Assembly (NCBI RefSeq): GCF_022045235.1 | Contig: NW_027266285.1 | Span: 2,976,001-3,040,000 of the forward strand | DNA from: Haliotis cracherodii | Lineage: Eukaryota | Length of the DNA: 64,000 nt | Direction: 5' to 3' | Shown: positions 1 to 13,316 of the stretch, one piece after another | How positions within the stretch are numbered: position 1 is the stretch's first letter | Layout: each line of letters opens with the position of its first letter | Translations under genes and position numbers: made by a program | Notes under the pieces: model-generated | Told to the model about the DNA's origin: nothing | Seen by the model: the letters and a program-made list of their open reading frames with translations, nothing else | The model's database searches: none

Positions 1-460
1 AATGAGTTAAATTTTATGTCATGATACTTGAATAAATACACTTAATGTATTTGCGAAACAAAAACATGAGTTTTGAGTAAAGGAATATATTCTCGCCGAC
101 GGCCAAAACCTTTTTCTCTCCCTTGGGCGAAATATTTCAATATCGTTATAACATCGTTGAATTAAGTTAAAATGAGTTAAATTTTATGTCATGATACTTG
201 AATAAATACACTTAATGTATTTGCGAAACAAAAACATGAGTTTTGAGTAAAAGAAAATATTCTCGCCCATGGGCCAAACCTTTTTCTCTCCCATGGGCGA
301 AATATTTCAATATCGCTATAAAATCGTTGAATTAAGTTAAAATGAGTTAAATTTTATGTCATGATACTTGAATAAATACGCTTAATGTATTTGCGAAACA
401 AAAACATGAGTTTTGAGTAAAGGAACCTTTTTCTCGCCCATGGGCCTGCCCCTGGGCGAC
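1..460. repeat. 170-bp tandem repeat, ~2.7 copies visible, truncated by the window start
   Basis: AATGAGTTAAATTTTATGTCATGATACTTG recurs at 1, 171 and 341 with near identity. Confidence 0.9.
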
Positions 461-779
461 ATAGTGTAAATATTGAGTTTTTGAACATTTAAAAAAAAAA
501 AATTCTTCCTTGGTATGTTCCCATGAAAACAGCATGTTTATTTTTGTAAATACCTTTGTCAGAGAGTCGGCAAAGACCGTAGAGTTTCTGGACTAATGGG
601 TTTCCAGAATTAAAATGGGACGTGTAGTGTTTTATTATAACAGCTACCTCTTTTCACTGCCAAGAGATAATATAATGTGTGTAAATGTAACATGTCGCTA
701 TTATACATTCTTTACACTGGGTTTTCTGCTGCTGTGCACGTGGCATCAGCTTCATTTGACAGAAGTTAATCTGTTTCAG

Positions 780-874
780 CGACCCTTCAACCCTTTAAGG
801 GAAAGGCATGGGCGAAAGAAACAGGACAGACAGAGACAGCGCTTATTGCACTGGTGGATGTAATGCGGGAACCA
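780..874 (+). CDS. Putative upstream (stem-region) coding exon of the sulfotransferase-like gene
   Basis: Acceptor ttaatctgtttcAG at 779 and donor cca|GTATGT at 875. Open frame (x)TLQPFKGKAWAKETGQTETALIALVDVMREP ends in phase 0, matching the phase-0 acceptor at 6529/6530. Confidence 0.4.
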
Positions 875-1109
875 GTATGTGTATGTCCAAGTGTTAAAGT
901 TACTTATTGTTCCTGATTTCAGAATTAACGTATACATGTCCATAGTTGAGCTTTATCAATGTTATAAAAAATTGTGAGCAGTAATAGAAACATTAATATA
1001 CAAGATAATTTAAGTTGCATTTATGATTAAGATAAAGAGCTCTCAGAAACACAACATAATCTACAACCAATCAAATACCAGACATATGTCGTTCTAAAAA
1101 TCTTAAATT

Positions 1110-4100
1110 GCAACTCCTTGACTTATACTGGTCTTCACTGACATCCTGAACAGCAAGTAACTCCTTGACTTACACTGGTCTTCACTGAGATCCTGAACAA
1201 CAAGTAACTCCTTGACTTATACTGGTCTTCACTGAGATCCTGAACAACAAGTAACTCCTTGACTTATACTGGTCTTCACTGACATCCTGAACAACAGGTA
1301 ACTCCTTGACTTACACTGGTCTTCACTGACATCCTGAACAACAGGTAACTCCTTGACTTATACTGGTCTTCACTGAGATCCTGAACAACAAGTAACTCCT
1401 TGACTTACACTGGTCTTCACTGACATCCTGAACAACAGGTAACTCCTTGACTTACACTGGTCTTCACTGAGATCCTGAACAACAAGTAACTCCTTGACTT
1501 ATACTGGTCTTCACTGACATCCTGAACAACAAGTAACTCCTTGACTTATACTGGTCTTCACTGACATCCTGAACAACAAGTAACTCCTTGACTTATACTG
1601 GTCTTCACTGACATCCTGAACAACAAGTAACTCCTTGACTTATACTGGTCTTCACTGACATCCTGAACAACAAGTAACTCCTTGACTTATACTGGTCTTC
1701 ACTGACATCCTGAACAACAAGTAACTCCTTGACTTATACTGGTCTTCACTGAGATCCTGAACAACAAGTAACTCCTTGACTTATACTGGTCTTCACTGAC
1801 ATCCTGAACAACAAGTAACTCCTTGACTTATACTGGTCTTCACTGACATCCTGAACAACAAGCAACTCCTTGACTTACACTGGTCTTCACTGACATCCTG
1901 AACAACAAGTAACTCCTTGACTTATACTGGTCTTCACTGACATCCTGAACAACAAGCAACTCCTTGACTTACACTGGTCTTCACTGACATCCTGAACAAC
2001 AAGCAACTCCTTGACTTATACTGGTCTTCACTGACATCCTGAACAACAAGTAACTCCTTGACTTATACTGGTCTTCACTGACATCCTGAACAACAAGCAA
2101 CTCCTTGACTTACACTGGTCTTCACTGACATCCTGAACAACAAGTAACTCCTTGACTTATACTGGTCTTCACTGACATCCTGAACAACAAGCAACTCCTT
2201 GACTTATACTGGTCTTCACTGACATCCTGAACAACAAGTAACTCCTTGACTTATACTGGTCTTCACTGACATCCTGAACAACAAGTAACTCCTTGACTTA
2301 TACTGGTCTTCACTGACATCCTGAACAACAAGTAACTCCTTGACTTATACTGGTCTTCACTGACATCCTGAACAACAAGTAACTCCTTGACTTATACTGG
2401 TCTTCACTGACATCCTGAACAACAAGTAACTCCTTGACTTATACTGGTCTTCACTGACATCCTGAACAACAAGCAACTCCTTGACTTATACTGGTCTTCA
2501 CTGACATCCTGAACAACAAGTAACTCCTTGACTTATACTGGTCTTCACTGACATCCTGAACAACAAGTAACTCCTTGACTTATACTGGTCTTCACTGACA
2601 TCCTGAACAACAAGCAACTCCTTGACTTATACTGGTCTTCACTGACATCCTGAACAACAAGCAACTCCTTGACTTATACTGGTCTTCACTGACATCCTGA
2701 ACAACAAGCAACTCCTTGACTTATACTGGTCTTCACTGACATCCTGAACAACAAGTAACTCCTTGACTTATACTGGTCTTCACTGACATCCTGAACAACA
2801 AGTAACTCCTTGACTTATACTGGTCTTCACTGACATCCTGAACAACAAGTAACTCCTTGACTTACACTGGTCTTCACTGACATCCTGAACAACAAGTAAC
2901 TCCTTGACTTATACTGGTCTTCACTGACATCCTGAACAACAAGTAACTCCTTGACTTACACTGGTCTTCACTGAGATCCTGAACAACAAGTAACTCCTTG
3001 ACTTATACTGGTCTTCACTGACATCCTGAACAACAAGTAACTCCTTGACTTACACTGGTCTTCACTGAGATCCTGAACAACAAGTAACTCCTTGACTTAT
3101 ACTGGTCTTCACTGACATCCTGAACAACAAGCAACTCCTTGACTTATACTGGTCTTCACTGACATCCTGAACAACAAGCAACTCCTTGACTTATACTGGT
3201 CTTCACTGACATCCTGAACAACAAGTAACTCCTTGACTTATACTGGTCTTCACTGACATCCTGAACAACAAGTAACTCCTTGACTTATACTGGTCTTCAC
3301 TGACATCCTGAACAACAAGTAACTCCTTGACTTACACTGGTCTTCACTGACATCCTGAACAACAAGTAACTCCTTGACTTATACTGGTCTTCACTGACAT
3401 CCTGAACAACAAGTAACTCCTTGACTTATACTGGTCTTCACTGACATCCTGAACAACAAGTAACTCCTTGACTTATACTGGTCTTCACTGACATCCTGAA
3501 CAACAAGTAACTCCTTGACTTATACTGGTCTTCACTGACATCCTGAACAACAAGTAACTCCTTGACTTATACTGGTCTTCACTGACATCCTGAACAACAA
3601 GCAACTCCTTGACTTATACTGGTCTTCACTGACATCCTGAACAACAAGTAACTCCTTGACTTACACTGGTCTTCACTGAGATCCTGAACAACAAGTAACT
3701 CCTTGACTTATACTGGTCTTCACTGACATCCTGAACAACAAGTAACTCCTTGACTTACACTGGTCTTCACTGACATCCTGAACAACAAGTAACTCCTTGA
3801 CTTATACTGGTCTTCACTGACATCCTGAACAACAAGCAACTCCTTGACTTACACTGGTCTTCACTGACATCCTGAACAACAAGTAACTCCTTGACTTACA
3901 CTGGTCTTCACTGACATCCTGAACAACAAGTAACTCCTTGACTTACACTGGTCTTCACTGACATCCTGAACAACAAGCAACTCCTTGACTTACACTGGTC
4001 TTCACTGACATCCTGAACAACAAGTAACTCCTTGACTTATACTGGTCTTCACTGACATCCTGAACAACAAGTAACTCCTTGACTTATACTGGTCTTCACT

Positions 4101-6378
4101 GACATCCTGAACAACAAGCAACTCCTTGACTTACACTGGTCTTCACTGACATCCTGAACAACAAGTAACTCCTTGACTTATACTGGTCTTCACTGACATC
4201 CTGAACAACAAGCAACTCCTTGACTTATACTGGTCTTCACTGACATCCTGAACAACAAGCAACTCCTTGACTTATACTGGTCTTCACTGACATCCTGAAC
4301 AACAAGTAACTCCTTGACTTATACTGGTCTTCACTGACATCCTGAACAACAAGTAACTCCTTGACTTATACTGGTCTTCACTGACATCCTGAACAACAAG
4401 CAACTCCTTGACTTATACTGGTCTTCACTGACATCCTGAACAACAAGCAACTCCTTGACTTATACTGGTCTTCACTGACATCCTGAACAACAAGTAACTC
4501 CTTGACTTATACTGGTCTTCACTGACATCCTGAACAACAAGTAACTCCTTGACTTATACTGGTCTTCACTGACATCCTGAACAACAAGTAACTCCTTGAC
4601 TTACACTGGTCTTCACTGACATCCTGAACAACAAGTAACTCCTTGACTTATACTGGTCTTCACTGACATCCTGAACAGCAAGTAACTCCTTGACTTACAC
4701 TGGTCTTCACTGACATCCTGAACAACAAGCAACTCCTTGACTTACACTGGTCTTCACTGACATCCTGAACAACAAGTAACTCCTTGACTTATACTGGTCT
4801 TCACTGACATCCTGAACAACAAGTAACTCCTTGACTTATACTGGTCTTCACTGACATCCTGAACAACAAGTAACTCCTTGACTTATACTGGTCTTCACTG
4901 ACATCCTGAACAACAAGTAACTCCTTGACTTATACTGGTCTTCACTGACATCCTGAACAACAAGTAACTCCTTGACTTATACTGGTCTTCACTGACATCC
5001 TGAACAACAAGTAACTCCTTGACTTATACTGGTCTTCACTGACATCCTGAACAACAGGTAACTCCTTGACTTATACTGGTCTTCACTGACATCCTGAACA
5101 ACAAGTAACTCCTTGACTTATACTGGTCTTCACTGACATCCTGAACAACAGGTAACTCCTTGACTTACACTGGTCTTCACTGACATCCTGAACAACAAGT
5201 AACTCCTTGACTTATACTGGTCTTCACTGACATCCTGAACAACAAGCAACTCCTTGACTTATACTGGTCTTCACTGACATCCTGAACAACAAGCAACTCC
5301 TTGACTTACACTGGTCTTCACTGACATCCTGAACAACAAGTAACTCCTTGACTTATACTGGTCTTCACTGACATCCTGAACAACAAGTAACTCCTTGACT
5401 TATACTGGTCTTCACTGACATCCTGAACAACAAGTAACTCCTTGACTTATACTGGTCTTCACTGACATCCTGAACAACAAGCAACTCCTTGACTTATACT
5501 GGTCTTCACTGACATCCTGAACAACAAGTAACTCCTTGACTTATACTGGTCTTCACTGACATCCTGAACAACAAGTAACTCCTTGACTTATACTGGTCTT
5601 CACTGACATCCTGAACAACAAGCAACTCCTTGACTTATACTGGTCTTCACTGACATCCTGAACAACAAGTAACTCCTTGACTTATACTGGTCTTCACTGA
5701 CATCCTGAACAGCAAGTAACTCCTTGACTTACACTGGTCTTCACTGACATCCTGAACAACAAGCAACTCCTTGACTTACACTGGTCTTCACTGACATCCT
5801 GAACAACAAGCAACTCCTTGACTTATACTGGTCTTCACTGACATCCTGAACAACAAGTAACTCCTTGACTTACACTGGTCTTCACTGACATCCTGAACAA
5901 CAAGTAACTCCTTGACTTATACTGGTCTTCACTGACATCCTGAACAACAAGTAACTCCTTGACTTATACTGGTCTTCACTGACATCCTGAACAACAAGTA
6001 ACTCCTTGACTTATACTGGTCTTCACTGACATCCTGAACAGCAAGTAACTCCTTGACTTATACTGGTCTTCACTGACATCCTGAACAACAAGTAACTCCT
6101 TGACTTACACTGGTCTTCACTGACATCCTGAACAACAAGTAACTCCTTGACTTATACTGGTCTTCACTGACATCCTGAACAGCAAGTAACTCCTTGACTT
6201 ATACTGGTCTTCACTGACATCCTGAACAGCAAGTAACTCCTTGACTTATACTGGTCTTCACTGACATCCTGAACAACAAGTAACTCCTTGACTTATACTG
6301 GTCTTCACTGACATCCTGAACAACAGGTAACTCCTTGACTTATACTGGTCTTCACTGACATCCTGAACAACAAGTAAC
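1110..6378. repeat. 47-bp minisatellite, ~112 copies, probably intronic
   Basis: Unit AACTCCTTGACTTA(T/C)ACTGGTCTTCACTGACATCCTGAACAACAAG(T/C); period 47 (e.g. 1261 to 1308). Confidence 0.97.
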
Positions 6379-6529
6379 AACAAAGAATGAACTACTTCAA
6401 ACATACCCATCTCTGTCACAACAAGAACAAGCAACTGTGTCAGAAACAGAACTATAGAAACACGCCTATAACTATAATGTCGTATTGATTTAATATGTGC
6501 ATGTCAATCTGAACACTATTTCTCTGCAG

Positions 6530-7630
6530 AATGACGTTGAACTGCTGTACACAAAACGTCGCGACCACATCAGGTATGTATGCGACAATATCGAGGAAAC
6601 ATCTATGAGGAAACCAGTGGCCGTTCTAGCATCCCAACTCTGGCACATCCCTTCTCTGAATATCATCTACTGTCCCTTAAATGAGAACGACAAGCCATCA
6701 TGGACCAACAACCTTAAGATATGGTTAGCGGATGAAAGTAACCTTCGCTCACATTCAAATACCGAATCCAAGGCTATAAAGAGTGTTCATGGAAAAGCAC
6801 TCTGGCATACCGAAGATGAACTTCAGACAGCCCTGAAGACATCCTTAAAGGTTATTTTCACACAAAATCCTTACTGGCAGCTATTCAGATTTTACGTGAA
6901 TAACTTTCTCAGTCCAAGTAAACACTACCTCGATGTTGGTAAAGATATCATTTCAAAGTTTAAAAAGGAGCCTTCATTGAAAAACAAACAATGTGGACAT
7001 AACATTACTTTTCAAGAGTTTTCTCGCTTCGTCAAATCAACACCATACAAAAAGAAATGGGCAGGCATAACTCAAAAGTGTGACCTGTGTTCCGTCAACT
7101 ATGACATTTTTGGGAAAGAAGAATCATTTCTACAAGATATGGCCCATGTGTATCGCCTTAGTAGACCTGACACGCCAACACCACATGTGAGTGACATTCA
7201 GGCTCGCTACGATAAAGATGAAATTGAAAGCTTCGTTAGGAGTGCATTTACAAGGAAGGATGAGATTGACTGTTTAAGTGACCATTCTATTTTCATAAGA
7301 CTATGGCGACAGCTCCAAATATGGGGCTTTATTTCGATAGGAAACAATTATCCATATAGTGCAAAAAAGAGCAAGACGATTGATTATCCGGTCATGCTGA
7401 ATACGGTGTTGACAGCCTATGACGAATCAAGAAATATCACATCAACAAATAAAATAGATGCATTTACCTTAGCATTTCACCAACTGACATTCAATGACGT
7501 GAACGAAGTCAGGCAATTTTACCGGAAGGATTTCACCTTTATGTCTGAAAACGATCATCCAGCGAGAGTATTTTTCAAACAGGGCCCCAAACCCGAGTTT
7601 GAATATTTTGATGTTATTTCCTCGAACTGA
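6530..7630 (+). CDS. Carbohydrate sulfotransferase-like protein (CHST8-14 / Sulfotransfer_2 family), terminal catalytic-domain exon; PAPS motifs degenerate
   Basis: Acceptor tttctctgcAG at 6529. Protein has the family scaffold: RRDHIRYVC, IIYC...W, KVIF..NP...L...Y...F, ITFQEF..FV, W....KCDLCSVNYDIFGKEESF..D, and C-terminal Y..DF. AATAAA near 7839. Confidence 0.8.
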   Translation, partial: NDVELLYTKRRDHIRYVCDNIEETSMRKPVAVLASQLWHIPSLNIIYCPLNENDKPSWTNNLKIWLADESNLRSHSNTESKAIKSVHGKALWHTEDELQTALKTSLKVIFTQNPYWQLFRFYVNNFLSPSKHYLDVGKDIISKFKKEPSLKNKQCGHNITFQEFSRFVKSTPYKKKWAGITQKCDLCSVNYDIFGKEESFLQDMAHVYRLSRPDTPTPHVSDIQARYDKDEIESFVRSAFTRKDEIDCLSDHSIFIRLWRQLQIWGFISIGNNYPYSAKKSKTIDYPVMLNTVLTAYDESRNITSTNKIDAFTLAFHQLTFNDVNEVRQFYRKDFTFMSENDHPARVFFKQGPKPEFEYFDVISSN

Positions 7631-10000
7631 ACCGTGATCTTGCAGTTAAGGGTATTTGAGGGGTAAATCAGTGTATTGCACCCAAATGTTTTTCTACCAT
7701 GACATATGACACTCCATCATTCCGACTGACCTATCGGCGGTTTCAGATCTGTGACAAACCATAATTTTGTTGCTTATCGCGTCAAAGCTAATGTGTTCTT
7801 TCTTTGAAATATTTCTATCAAGAATTATAACTTAACTCAATAAACCCTGCTAAATATCACATATCGATTCTAGATGATTTTACATCACGTTTCGAGTCTA
7901 GATGATATATGTAATCAAGGGTGACAAAATATTTTTTGAAACAGAAATCCGACCGAAAGTGTTTATGGTTAAATTCTGTAACATCAAGAAGGCTTGACAT
8001 GTGGTGGTACAATCTGCGGTACCAGCACTGCGGGTAATGGTGGTTGCATCGACTTCATGTCTGGGGAACACGATGACGACATGATAGTTACGTGACTTCG
8101 GTCATAATGTTGCAAGGACTGTTTCCTTTTCTCTAGGACTCTCCTTTATCTGCTTCAGGCCATGATTTGTTGAATGATTTTGACTACCATCACAGTTGGT
8201 GTTGTTTTGTCATCGTAGACTCGAGAGATTCGTGTGGTCTCGAAACGCATGCTGAATCTATTTCTTTTTAAAACTAATCACATACTAACTCATTCATTTT
8301 AGTGTTACTTTACACAGGTATACAATCTATCGAATCAATTTTGATAATTTTATTAGTAATACCTAGTGCTGTTTTTCCCAAGGTACATGGACAAATACAT
8401 CACAGTTGTCTTTGGGCGCCGAGTAGGTAACACGAACTGTTGACGTATTGGCCGAAAAACAGTTTAAAATATCGGTATCAATTACAATGTACTTATTTAT
8501 GAATATGTACATACAATGTTTACGTATCAAAATTGACAAAAGCAACCGAAACGGGCATAAAATATTCGCCAACCCTTCCCATGATGACTTCAACTCGGGA
8601 TCTACCAGAAAACCCGACAGAAAATTAGACAGAGTTGTCTCCCCGGACAACTCTCCACTCAAGCTCTTCACAGCGATTACCTCGTTCGCGAGCTCGCTAT
8701 GCTATCGCTGCGACCAGTGAAAGCTCCCCACTGTGTTGGTTTACTACAACCATGCTTGGAGTTAAACACGCAACCGACGGACTGTTATGTAGACAAACAA
8801 GCGATGACTGCCGTGACGCCGAATACTCTTACCCCTGCTAAATTATTTTCATTGTTTGTGAATCTGAATTTCAGTTTTATTACAACTATCTAGCAACTGA
8901 TATAGTAAGAATGTAAGGGATAAGTTGGTTTATTTTCCGTTCGTCTGCAATCTCGAACCAATATGATCAAACACACAAAAAGGTAAATTCAATAGGGAAA
9001 TCTGGTCAGTCGTAAACCTTTTCAAATTCACTATGATGGCATTTCCAAAGAAATTAAAAAAAACAAAATTTATGTTAGAAAAAATAACAGATGCATTTGT
9101 CTATAATATGTTTTGCTACCCACCATGTCTAATGGTATTGAGCATTTCTTCGAACATTAGGGTGCAGTTCAATACTTACCTGTCAACATGATAACTTAAT
9201 AAACCAAATCAAATATTGTTATCATGTTGAGGGACAAATGAACGTCACAGGACGAAATTGGTAAGACTTTGTAGTTTCCCAACACCCTACTTTTGTTTAA
9301 ATTTGTTTTTGTATGAATAAATAAAATGAAGTTTGATGGAGAACTCAGAATATCTTTACAGAAGATGCTTTAATAATAATAACATGGTCTTGGAAATGAC
9401 TATAGACTGTCTTGTTTTCTGACTGTAAATTTGTGATTTTAACAATGACCTGATGTATCACCATGTACACGGGACACAATTACGGTTCTGATAGGATCTC
9501 ATAAGGGTATGTGATTATACAATTGCTCAGTGACCATACTGAGAATTGGTGCTTTGGGATACCAAAGGTAACAGATTATTATTTTGTAAAATTGGTTGTG
9601 AATACTTGTGAATACCATGTCGATAGGATGTCGTTCGGAGAGTAATCCTTTCCTTCTCTGGAGGAATTCGCTCAACCAGTTCATACATTCTATGTCAAAG
9701 ACGACCAGACTTGGTTAGAATCCGTGTTTATCTGTGACAAGTTCCATTTGGTGACATTTTAGTGAATTCGTCAAGTGATAATGTATTTTTATATTAATGG
9801 TATTGTTTGTCAAATTGTAAAAGAGACTGTTATATATATTATGTATATATTCAATGTGGAAAAAAAGTAATGTGGGGAAATGCATTATGAAGAATGTACT
9901 ATGTTTTCACGTCAACAAGGTTGTTGAACCTAAACTTAAATAAAACTTTAATTCATTTATCAAGTTTGTGCTCACTGAACTTGATGATGAACGTGTTGAG

Positions 10001-10121
10001 GGGAGAGAATGTATGGATGTCAACTTATTTATTATGAGAAATACAACGTTTCGGATCGAGTACATACTTACTCCTTCATCAGGTGAATGAATGCTATGAG
10101 GCAGAGAGCATATATGTACAT
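10001..10121 (-). mobile_element. Short Penelope-like terminal remnant with hammerhead-ribozyme-like motif (copy 1)
   Basis: Minus strand reads ...ttcacCTGATGAaggagtaagtatgtactcgatccGAAACGTtg...aataagttgacatccata, closely similar to 30147-30263. Confidence 0.6.
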
Positions 10122-10743
10122 GTAAGAACAACAAAAGTAATAAGATAACAAAAGGTGGAAACTTAACAAGGGAAGCCAACAGATAATTGGCGCTGATAGG
10201 TGATTACGAACAGACAATTGTAGCCAACGTTTTACCGTCAAAACATTATTTTACAGGAGTGGCAAGAGATTAGCTGTGTACTTTACCATTTTGTTTTTTA
10301 AGATGTAATTTTGGCAGGCAAACAGAGAGAGATAGTTTAGTCTAGCCTCAGGTACAGATATATTGTAAACAGGTTAAAACATATACAAATATACACAAGA
10401 GACCAGTCTATACACGATGAAACAATAGCTTTCTTCAAATGAAAGTTAAAATATCTGATTCAAATATGCACGTATAAAATTCAGCAAATCTACAAGGCAC
10501 TACTACATATACATTTCACCTGGATAACACATGATTGTGCGACGGCGGGATATCATACGACAGAAGGTATTGGCAACGTTCCAAAACATGTTTCATTTGA
10601 CATAGAAAGCCCTAGACAGTTTGGTGATCGATAACAATGCTAGAATGATCACCTACATGTATGTCTGCGCCATTCTAACTGTTAATAGAAGTGCGGCATG
10701 ATATCTCAGTGAGTCAGCACTGTAAAATCGGTATTAGTCTGGA

Positions 10744-10746
<3 letters not shown>

Positions 10747-10798
<52 letters not shown>
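10747..10798. repeat. (CA)n microsatellite
   Basis: Pure CA run of ~25 units. Confidence 0.95.
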
Positions 10799-10801
<3 letters not shown>

Positions 10802-13159
10802 ATCTAAAGTATCCTTGGTATAGCATTGTTCTACCGTTCCTGTCAGTCAGGATAGTGTATCCAAATCAAATATCGATTGGTGAAATTGTTTCATAATTAA
10901 ACGAAGAATCCTTTCGGATGACTGAACATTTATGGCATCTGCCATGCCGCGGAGTTCCAGCAGCCACAAAGTGGTCCGAGGCGGGCGTTGGTGCCCTCTG
11001 TCTGTCGATTTGCATAACCACGTGTACACCTGTTGCTCAGTGTTGGACATGTAGCAAACACCTGCAGTTGCTCTTCTCACGCCCCAAGCCATCGATTCAC
11101 GGCTACTGTATCATGTAGTGCAACCAACTTGGTAAGCACTCCAGTTGATGACCAGCAGTTGCTGCGGTCTGCTAACCTGAGTGGTGGAAACCTAACCTGC
11201 GACGACAGAAAACAACTCGACTCACATTAACCAGCGGCACAGAAATTTGGCCATGTTATGAGCGACTGGGGCGTGTACCACCGGAAGTTATATTCTCCTA
11301 AATACCTCCCGCTAATCGCAGGGCAGATAAGGTTGTTTTCAGGTGACCCTAATAGGGTTTGCAATATTCCAGTAGTTCCTTCCTTTGTGTTCATATTTAA
11401 AACTTTTGAGGTACAATCGGGTATACACTTTCTACCTAGAATTCAAAGCGCGTCATAGGACTTTTGCTCAAAATGTGTTACAGCAGCCAAGGCATCAGTA
11501 AAGATTTCAAAAATTTATGTGGAAGTCATTGGTACTTTTACGATTTTTTCCAGATTTTACGTATTTGTGATAAAAATGATGTCCGATGCAATTCCGATGC
11601 ATCTGATATCATCACTATTTTATAGTGATTCATAAACACATGCTTTAAGCCGGAATCGTACATTAAACTATTGTTTTAGCAGATATTTCTTATGATTATG
11701 GAAAGGGTTTATCGCTTTTACTTCAAACAAACCTAAATAAATGGTTTCAAAATCTCCAGAGGCAGAAAGACATATGTTTCCAGTTTTGCATCGGAGGCGG
11801 GAACGGCTTAAACAAATAGATGCAAAACCATACTTTCTCACTACCTGACATGACAGTGTTTAATGAGTACGTACGTACAAGCAAAAATAACCAAGAAAAA
11901 GTAAATGCTTAATAGAGTGGCACATGTATAACAATGTGCTTTTAATATATTAAATTCGCAAAGATATCGCGAACTTTGTTTAAAGCAGATATGGATATAC
12001 CCGAAGAGGCGATGAATGCATGTTGTCACCAATACGTATTCGCCCATGAGCTCTCGCTCGCGGTGCAACGTTTTATTTAGACGATCAACATATTGCATCT
12101 CCTGTCAAGGAGAGGCTGACCTCCCCGAGGGCCGCGCGATATATATGTATTCGAAACTCGGGTTTCGTTAGTAAGTTGTTTCGGGACACTGTACGATCTA
12201 GGTTCTGAGTTAGTCTAGTTGTATTGAACTGAACTTACTAGCTAGAGTTTGTAATACTCCGTTTTTCTAATAATCCGTGGATAACCAACCTTCCCGTGAA
12301 TGTTTAGCTATTTATAAGATTTCAGTATGTTCTTGTTTCCAAAGTGACTGAATCTTTAGTCGATGAGACGAGTTTGATATTGAGACGTTCTCGTCTATTT
12401 TTATAGTCCAAGTGACTTATTTTAGGGATTAGCCATCTGTGTTTATTTCCTGCTATTTAACCCAGCCGAGGTCATTCGCTCATTAAGAGTGTTGAGTTAA
12501 TTGACTCAGGTGTTAATTGGTTACATCCGACTTCATTGGTTGTGTACACATCTGGTCGGTATCTTGTCACTTGTCAAAGTGTTGTTTTAGCTACACTCAT
12601 TAGTATAGCTATAACTCAATTGCTTAGCTCAGCCGCTTGTATATTTGCTCTTATTTAATTAATCAGTGACCTTTGTCAGCGCAGATTGGGTTTATCTGCT
12701 CTTTTTTTTGTCATATATTAGTACAATTAGCTGTTACAAATAAATCTGTGAACCTAATACCACGTTTTCATTATAACTTTATTCTTGTTTTGTGGTATCC
12801 CCGATCATTGTAGCACAGCAATTATGCATATTATCAAAATGCCTACTGACAATGACAGAAAATGTTGTTGTTGCTTTAGGTGTTTAACAGATCGCATTCT
12901 GCCCAAACAATTTCGCTTCACCTGTCCTTCCTTGGGACTCATGTGTGTGGGTAGTGTACACATATCTTTCTGTTTTTGTGTTGATAAGATTTCTGTTTTC
13001 GTATTGATAAGATTTTATTTTGGATTTTTCGAAATCGATACAATTTCTTTGGCTGCTGTCCATCTCTCAGAAATACAGTTAGCTTGGCCTTCGCTATTGC
13101 ATCTCTTGGCGGGTGGGTGGGTGTGGGGGGAGTTGGGGGGGGGGGGGGGGGGGGGGGGG

Positions 13160-13316
13160 CTTGCTGACTTGCTTGATGCATGTCGTCTTATCCGATTTAC
13201 GTAATTCGATGCTCATGATTTCAACCACTGGATTGTCTGGTCCAGACGCTATTATTTATAGACCGCCGTCATACAGCCGGAATGCTGTGGCGCAGCGTCG
13301 AACAGCAAACAAGCAA
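13160..13316 (+). mobile_element. SINE family 2 fragment, preceded by a poly-G run
   Basis: gctgacttgcttgatgcatgtc...cactggattgtctggtccagac...tatagaccgccgtc...aacagcaaacaa matches the copy at 19098-19310. Confidence 0.7.

Noticed and set aside
1110-6378. CRISPR-like regular array
   Set aside because: No unique spacers, no cas genes, eukaryotic intron context; it is a pure tandem repeat
6497-6529. GTG start of the 377-aa ORF
   Set aside because: Intronic sequence upstream of the tctctgcAG acceptor; not a real start
8363-8893. Overlapping short ORFs in a CpG-richer patch
   Set aside because: No recognisable protein motif or consistent splice structure; may be a transposon fragment, but I cannot support that
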